Part shown: piece by piece, positions 58,081 through 64,000 of the stretch
How the letters are laid out: every line of letters begins with the position of its first letter
Numbering within the stretch: position 1 is the first letter of the stretch
Source: Monocercomonoides exilis PA203
Lineage: Eukaryota; Protista; Preaxostyla
Assembly: GCA_001643675.2 (NCBI GenBank)
Contig: LSRY02000017.1
Span: 496,001 to 560,000 of the forward strand
Reading direction: 5' to 3'
Length of the DNA: 64,000 bases
Program-made: the position numbers and the translations under genes
The notes under the pieces: generated by a model
What the model saw: the letters and a program-made list of their open reading frames with translations, nothing else
Databases searched by the model: none
What the model was told of the DNA's origin: nothing

Positions 58081-58929
58081 TTTATCAGAGCATTTCATTC
58101 TCTTCTTGTTTTTTTAAAATTTTTACAGTTGTGAAAAGAAAAATCAGATTTATTCATAATAGTATATGATTTTTTGTTGATTTTCACACAAGAGAAAAGA
58201 AAAGCAGATCAAAATGCAAACATTTGGGGTAGAGTTCTTGCATTGATGGAAAAAACAAAGACTTGACCCAATAATTTTTTGCAATTAGATAATTATAAGT
58301 CTTGCATTCTCATTCAAAAAAATCAAGAAAAATACAACAATTTCGAATAAAATAAAAAAATAATGTGAGGAGCATAATTCAAAAAGCAATAAATTAAGTC
58401 CATTTAGGTATTCTTTTAATTTTTATTTTTGTTGATTGAAAACTTCAAGTTAGATGCTTCTATTATTGGTTTTTGTGAATTGTTAAAATAAATTTGAATT
58501 TTAACGTTAACAAGAATCAGTTGCATTATGCTGACTGATGCTTTAATAATCATATAAACTTATAACTTAAACATGCATACATGAATATTTCAAAAATCAA
58601 ACATACATCAAACAAAAGTTGCTAGAGAATGAGCAAAGCAAACATAAAGAATATGATGTGGTATTGGGAATGAATAATAACAAAACGTAAAAAAATAGAT
58701 AAAACATTTGTTGAACATTACTCTACATTCGAATATTTTATTGAATAATTACAAAAATGTCAAAATACATGAACCTAATAATGACTCAGTGCAGACAAAT
58801 GGAAAGCAAAGTTATTAGGTTTAAAAAAAATGTTGTTGATTATAAATTTCGAATAAAATATATAAAAGCTAAAATGATAGAAGAAGCTTTTGTGTATTAT
58901 GAATCATGTATCATTCACCATATATTCCT

Positions 58930-61900
58930 TTACAAATTTGATCTAGAGCAAGATGCAAGGCGTCGTAGCTCGGAAACATTAAGATTCGAATCTTCATCGT
59001 AGGTGATTGCATCCGAAACCGTGAATATCACAGTGCCAGACGGAAAATGCTGGAAAAACTCCCGCTTCATCCCAATCAGCGTCGGCCTGGCTTTCTTGTC
59101 CTCTGAAAGCGCTGCCAGGATCACTTCGTCATACGACGAGCTCACCTTCGAGCAGTTCGGCCTCTCCCCATTCAGAATCTTCTGCCCCGCCACCACTGCC
59201 TCATACTCCCCAAACGGGATCTTCAGCGTCACACACTCCCACAGCATCATCCCAATCGAAAACACAACTGTCTTCTTCGATCCCTGGCTCTTTGTTCCAT
59301 TCAGCAGCTCTGGCGCTTTCCACCTCATGCACTCGTTCTTGCTGTCTTCCTCATCCTCAAACGCAGACGAGGGAAGAGAGTCGCTGTCATCATCATTATC
59401 ACTGGCTGATGTCACAACTGTTGATGAAGAGATGGAAGATGAATCTGAGTCATCAGACAATAAGTCAGAATGCATCACAATGCAGATGACCATGTGCTCT
59501 GAGAACAACACAATGTGTGGACTCAGATTGGAAAGAGATTGAAGAGGGTTTTCCATCTCATCGAAAGAGTGGAGAGCGAGATTAGCCACCCAGAACAGGA
59601 TTTGGGCAGCTGTCTGCTCCCTCTCCTGCAGAGTGCCAATCGCCATCTCTTTTGTCTTGTTCCTTCCATGAAGCAGCATGAATAATGAATCCCTCAAATC
59701 CACAATCAGCTTCTCATGTGGAGATGAACAGGCCATTGCATCCACCAGATTCGACATTGATGATGTGGTTGGACACAAATCTTCACCTCGAACAAATGTG
59801 GATTCTGTGTCTGATGTGTCGGTGGTTGAAGTGGAAGAAATGGAAGGTGATGGCGTTCGCTTCCTTGTCTCTTCTTCCTCAACCTTCTCCAGCATCCATT
59901 CAGGAATCTTGTCTGAATCTCTCCCCAAAATGTATTCTGTTGAACCACTCTCAGAGAGAAGATGCTCTGATGACTCTGAGTGCTTTATATTCGTCTCATA
60001 TATTCTCTTCTTTATCCTCTCTTCATTCTTCCTTTCTGCCTCTCTCTCTGCTCTCCTCCACTGCTCCTCAGGTGACATCTCCATCGTCACCATCTCAAAT
60101 GCCTTCGGATCCTTTTTCACTGTGTCTTCCACAATGATTTCCAATTCCTCTGTTCTTCTCTTTTGTTTTCTCCATCGAACTGCCAAAACAACAGATACAA
60201 TGAGCACAATCAATAAAACTACAACAAGAGCAATTACAATGACCGGCCAAAATGTTTTTCGTTCTTCTCCTCCTTCAACAAGTCTTCCTTCTCCATTTGT
60301 CTGAAGTTTGCTCCTGTTTTTCAGAATAATTTCTTCGGTTGAATAAGAAGAGAACTCATTTTTGAATAAAATGGAAACAGACACTTCTGTCTCTTCAGAT
60401 GCAGATGCAACCATAGAAAATGGAATATAACCCAACACATTTTTCTCAGATAAAAATCCAGATTCAGTAAATTGATATTTTTCAATCATATCCACCTCCC
60501 CAATTCTCGATATGATCTGGAAAGACAGATCGCAAGGTAGAAGAAGTTCTCCATTGAAAGTCAGTTTCATTTTTCCTCCAAATTCTTCTGTAGAAACCGA
60601 ATGCAACTTCGAAATAAAGAATGGAGACGGTCTTTCTGCTGCAATTCCATAAATCTTGCATCCTTCATTGAGTATCCACAACGAAGTTCTTGCATTTAAT
60701 CCATCTCCTCCATTCAAACTTATTACATTAAATACACCTGAATTGGAGCATAAAATATTTCTTCGAATTGAAGGATAATTATGAATTGACGGATTGTTGT
60801 CGAAGAATTTTCCTTCTGAAATAGAAATGTTCCCACCAAAAATTGATAATCCACCATTTGGAGATTTTGAAATAATTGAGTTATTTAAGGATACAAAGCA
60901 GCTAGCAAAATCAACTAGTGAAGTATTCCATTTGCAAATATTTTTCTCTTCAAAATTTTTTTGCGGGATTTGATCACTTTCTTTTGATAAATTTCCTTCA
61001 AACTGACATGATTTGATATTCACAGTCGAGCAATTTGAGAGCATTACCAAACTTCCAAGCTTCTTTCCACCAGAAGAGGAACTAGAAACAGTGCAATTGT
61101 TCATCCCCAGTCTGCTCCACTTTGAGCGGCACTCAAAGAAAGACGATGAATCCAGCGAAGTGACATTAACCAGATCTACTAGAGAAAATTCAAATTCAAA
61201 TGCAGATGCAGTTGAAAACGAAGATTCGCAGTTTATTTTCGCTTGTGTCTCAAAAACATCGTAACCAATCTCAAATAAAGACCCACAACACGCAGTGCTG
61301 TTGGAGGCTGTTAGCTTTTCGACTGAACCACACATGCTCTTCAGAAAGATTGCGCTTTTTGATGTATTGACATTTTCCAGTTTTGCATCAAACATAACCA
61401 ATCTTCCATCTTCGCATTCCATAATTCTTGAGCAATGCAAATCTTTCATTAATATTTTTTCCAAAGAGAGCTCGCTTCTGGCATCAGAAATGAGAATGAC
61501 AGAATCGAAAACGCTTCCTGCTTCTCCGCAAAATTTACATAAGTTATATGAGCTTCTTCCAGACACAGTGGAAAACAACACTGTATGAAACGCTCTGTAA
61601 TCAGCCGGAAGAATAAAACAGAGCCCTTCAAAAGCCACATCGTCGCCAACACTCACCACCCATTCGCGAGTCTTGCTCAGGATAGTTCTGAATGTCACAT
61701 TTGCCATCTCTCTAGAAATTGACTTCATTTCCATCCCGCCAATTTCGCATTCCCTCTCGATTTCGCTCTCCACATCCACAAGCAGCCTCGACCCGAAGTC
61801 TATGATAAGATGTTCTAACCCACATCCCACTGTAACACATGGCTGCTCCACCTTTCCACATTGTCTCCCCTTCGTCCCGTTCTTCTCCTCCGCAGACGAC

Positions 61901-64000
61901 ACAACGATCGTGCTCTGCTGGTAGATCGTCACATACTCAATCAGATCCACCGGCACATAGTTCTCCTCGTCGATCCCGTAGATCGCATCAAACCGATTGT
62001 ACACTTCTGGCCTCAGATCCAGGACAAATTGTGTTTCGTTAATCTGCTCTGCAATCTTCTTGCACTCCACAAATATGTCTCTCCCTTTCCATGCTCCGTT
62101 CCCTTTGAACTCACACTTTTTGAACACAAAGTCCAGCGCTCCCTGCCCCTCCGCCTTCATATACACCCCGCCGCCCCTCCCAGCTTTGGGTGAGCACAAG
62201 CAGTTCGTGATTTTGTTGTTATTCATCTCATACCGACAGTTCGCCCCTAGCACATACATCATCACTCCCCCCGCCTCTGACATCTCCGACCGGGACATAT
62301 CAAACACACTGCTGTTGATCTTCATCACCAGCACACTTGCCGATGTGTCTGTGAACACACTCGACCCGTTGTACCACGACATCACTCGACGGAATGAACT
62401 CCCGTTTATTTCCACACTTGGAACCTCGTTGCCTCCTGCCCTTGCCCCAGCTCCATCCGCATAGCTCACAATCCCCTCGTTCGCTGTCACATTCGCCAGA
62501 TCCACCCCATTCATCGCACAGCTGCACCCTCCCCACACCTCCACCAGCGCCCTTTCAAAGTTCAGCCCTACTGCTTCAAAGTCAGTCAGCGCCATCAATC
62601 CGCCATGTACAGCAACAAACGTCATACCTGAGAAGTGAGCCGAGCTGCTTGCTGCCAACGAGCACCCTTCAACAGTCAGCGACCCACCATGACTCCAAAT
62701 CACAACCCCCGACGCATCCTCCAGCGTTCCATCCAGGAACAGATCAACCCCTGTGAACGAGAGGCTCCACCAATTCGCAAACAGCCCCTCGCTCAATCCT
62801 GCACCCCCAGGCTTCTGCAGAACAAGCAACGCTCTTGCTGCTTCTCCTGACCCTGAAGGCGCTGCTCCAACCGAGCAGTTCGACAGATCGCATTCATCTT
62901 CCACAGCCAAAGAGCCTACAAGATACACTTTTTTTGCTTCTATATTCTCCTCGAGATGACTCAGCCCCTTCCAGAATGTTCGACACGGATCGTCCTCTGA
63001 CCCACACCTCATCACATCGCTTCCTGCACTCGAAACGAAAATCGTACTCGACAAAAACCGAATCAGGAAGCGAAACAGGTCTGTATTCTCAAACTGGCTA
63101 TCTGTACCGGCAAACACATTCCCATCGCTGCTCAGCCCCGAATAGTTAAACTCGAATGCTGCACCTGTGATAGTCGTGTTCAGCGCCTTTGCTTTGACGA
63201 AAAGACTCTTCCCAGCAAAGGCCTTGTTGTTGTCAAACGTCGCATCCTTGAACTTCAGCGGCTGGGTTCCATCAGCCAGCACACTGTCGACAAATAGGAA
63301 CCCTCCTCTCCCTGACGCTTCTGAGCACTTGCACGAGTCCATCACACACCCCTCCACCAGCAGCACCTGCCCCGCTGACAGATGGCATGCCACACACCCG
63401 CCTTCCATGCTGCTCGCTGCTTCCACTCCCATAAACTGGCAGCGAGTGGCCGAAAATCCTGAAGCAATCGCTAGCGGAACTGCACCAAACTTCTGCGGCT
63501 CAAACGAGCACAAGCTCATCCAAACTGTCCCTCCATTCGAATGGATCAGATAATACGTGCATTCTGCATTCATTGTTAAAGAAGAAGAAGAAGAAGGAAA
63601 AACAAAAGAGAAGGAACAGTTAGAGAGAGTCAGCCCTTCTTCTTGTGAAGAAGCAGACTGAAGCAGCCCAGCTTGCCCAGAAGTGAACAAAAGAGGCAGA
63701 GAAAACCCAATCCGCTCAAGCCTCAGATTCCCCTTGTTCAGCAAGACAGCCTCAGACACTCTACCCAAAATGGCTGCGCAAACACCAACCGTGCATTTAC
63801 TCGCTTCATCTGCAGATGCCACCGAAAAGGATGTCAGCTCGTGCCAATGGTCAACCAACGCTTCCGACTTAATTGTCAGGCTCTTGCGCACAGCATCAGT
63901 CTGGATGTTTCTCAGCCCTCTCCACAGCGAACAGCACGGGTAGCTCTCACTTCCACACCCAACCATGTCATATCCGCTTGGAGAGACAACAATCGCAGGC
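58930..64000 (-). CDS. Second giant beta-helix/TM/pseudokinase receptor-like protein, paralog of 25004-32854; 5' end lies beyond the window
   Basis: The frame stays open to the window edge (PAIVVSPSGYDMVGCG). It has the same module order as paralog 1 and a near-identical TM and cytoplasmic region. Confidence 0.88.
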   Translation of the reverse strand, partial: PAIVVSPSGYDMVGCGSESYPCCSLWRGLRNIQTDAVRKSLTIKSEALVDHWHELTSFSVASADEASKCTVGVCAAILGRVSEAVLLNKGNLRLERIGFSLPLLFTSGQAGLLQSASSQEEGLTLSNCSFSFVFPSSSSSLTMNAECTYYLIHSNGGTVWMSLCSFEPQKFGAVPLAIASGFSATRCQFMGVEAASSMEGGCVACHLSAGQVLLVEGCVMDSCKCSEASGRGGFLFVDSVLADGTQPLKFKDATFDNNKAFAGKSLFVKAKALNTTITGAAFEFNYSGLSSDGNVFAGTDSQFENTDLFRFLIRFLSSTIFVSSAGSDVMRCGSEDDPCRTFWKGLSHLEENIEAKKVYLVGSLAVEDECDLSNCSVGAAPSGSGEAARALLVLQKPGGAGLSEGLFANWWSLSFTGVDLFLDGTLEDASGVVIWSHGGSLTVEGCSLAASSSAHFSGMTFVAVHGGLMALTDFEAVGLNFERALVEVWGGCSCAMNGVDLANVTANEGIVSYADGAGARAGGNEVPSVEINGSSFRRVMSWYNGSSVFTDTSASVLVMKINSSVFDMSRSEMSEAGGVMMYVLGANCRYEMNNNKITNCLCSPKAGRGGGVYMKAEGQGALDFVFKKCEFKGNGAWKGRDIFVECKKIAEQINETQFVLDLRPEVYNRFDAIYGIDEENYVPVDLIEYVTIYQQSTIVVSSAEEKNGTKGRQCGKVEQPCVTVGCGLEHLIIDFGSRLLVDVESEIERECEIGGMEMKSISREMANVTFRTILSKTREWVVSVGDDVAFEGLCFILPADYRAFHTVLFSTVSGRSSYNLCKFCGEAGSVFDSVILISDARSELSLEKILMKDLHCSRIMECEDGRLVMFDAKLENVNTSKSAIFLKSMCGSVEKLTASNSTACCGSLFEIGYDVFETQAKINCESSFSTASAFEFEFSLVDLVNVTSLDSSSFFECRSKWSRLGMNNCTVSSSSSGGKKLGSLVMLSNCSTVNIKSCQFEGNLSKESDQIPQKNFEEKNICKWNTSLVDFASCFVSLNNSIISKSPNGGLSIFGGNISISEGKFFDNNPSIHNYPSIRRNILCSNSGVFNVISLNGGDGLNARTSLWILNEGCKIYGIAAERPSPFFISKLHSVSTEEFGGKMKLTFNGELLLPCDLSFQIISRIGEVDMIEKYQFTESGFLSEKNVLGYIPFSMVASASEETEVSVSILFKNEFSSYSTEEIILKNRSKLQTNGEGRLVEGGEERKTFWPVIVIALVVVLLIVLIVSVVLAVRWRKQKRRTEELEIIVEDTVKKDPKAFEMVTMEMSPEEQWRRAEREAERKNEERIKKRIYETNIKHSESSEHLLSESGSTEYILGRDSDKIPEWMLEKVEEEETRKRTPSPSISSTSTTDTSDTESTFVRGEDLCPTTSSMSNLVDAMACSSPHEKLIVDLRDSLFMLLHGRNKTKEMAIGTLQEREQTAAQILFWVANLALHSFDEMENPLQSLSNLSPHIVLFSEHMVICIVMHSDLLSDDSDSSSISSSTVVTSASDNDDDSDSLPSSAFEDEEDSKNECMRWKAPELLNGTKSQGSKKTVVFSIGMMLWECVTLKIPFGEYEAVVAGQKILNGERPNCSKVSSSYDEVILAALSEDKKARPTLIGMKREFFQHFPSGTVIFTVSDAITYDEDSNLNVSELRRLASCSRSNL

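Overview
This is eukaryotic, AT-rich, gene-dense nuclear DNA with many short spliceosomal introns and the standard genetic code (Hsp70 ends EEVD-TAA). Gene content, intron style and the giant intronless beta-helix/TM/kinase-like genes point to an anaerobic flagellate, most likely an oxymonad similar to Monocercomonoides (inference). About 22 protein genes can be read: VAMP7, Ctf4/AND-1, XRCC1, cytosolic Hsp70, WDR63/DNAI3-like dynein IC, a calmodulin-like protein, a bacterial-type YgeW carbamoyltransferase with an intron, a CDKL kinase with a ~1200-aa RE/Ser tail, glucosidase II beta, a C2H2 protein, an EF-hand protein, DUF1295, IFT25, an ICMT/PEMT-like protein, an S9 peptidase, an unknown gene, Vps24, V-ATPase c, RIB43A, UMP1, and two paralogous giant receptor-pseudokinases. 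Four things stand out. (1) The two receptor genes pair variable modular ectodomains with a near-identical TM/cytoplasmic pseudokinase tail, which suggests a diversifying surface-receptor system. (2) YgeW looks laterally acquired and hints at ATP-yielding purine/ureide catabolism. (3) GATC lies 21-46 nt upstream of 11 of 21 start codons, and there are seven compact head-to-head gene pairs. (4) Splice donors are dominated by GTTTG, and GC donors occur. Exon boundaries were read by eye and are approximate. No tRNA, rRNA, CRISPR array or intact transposon was recognised.
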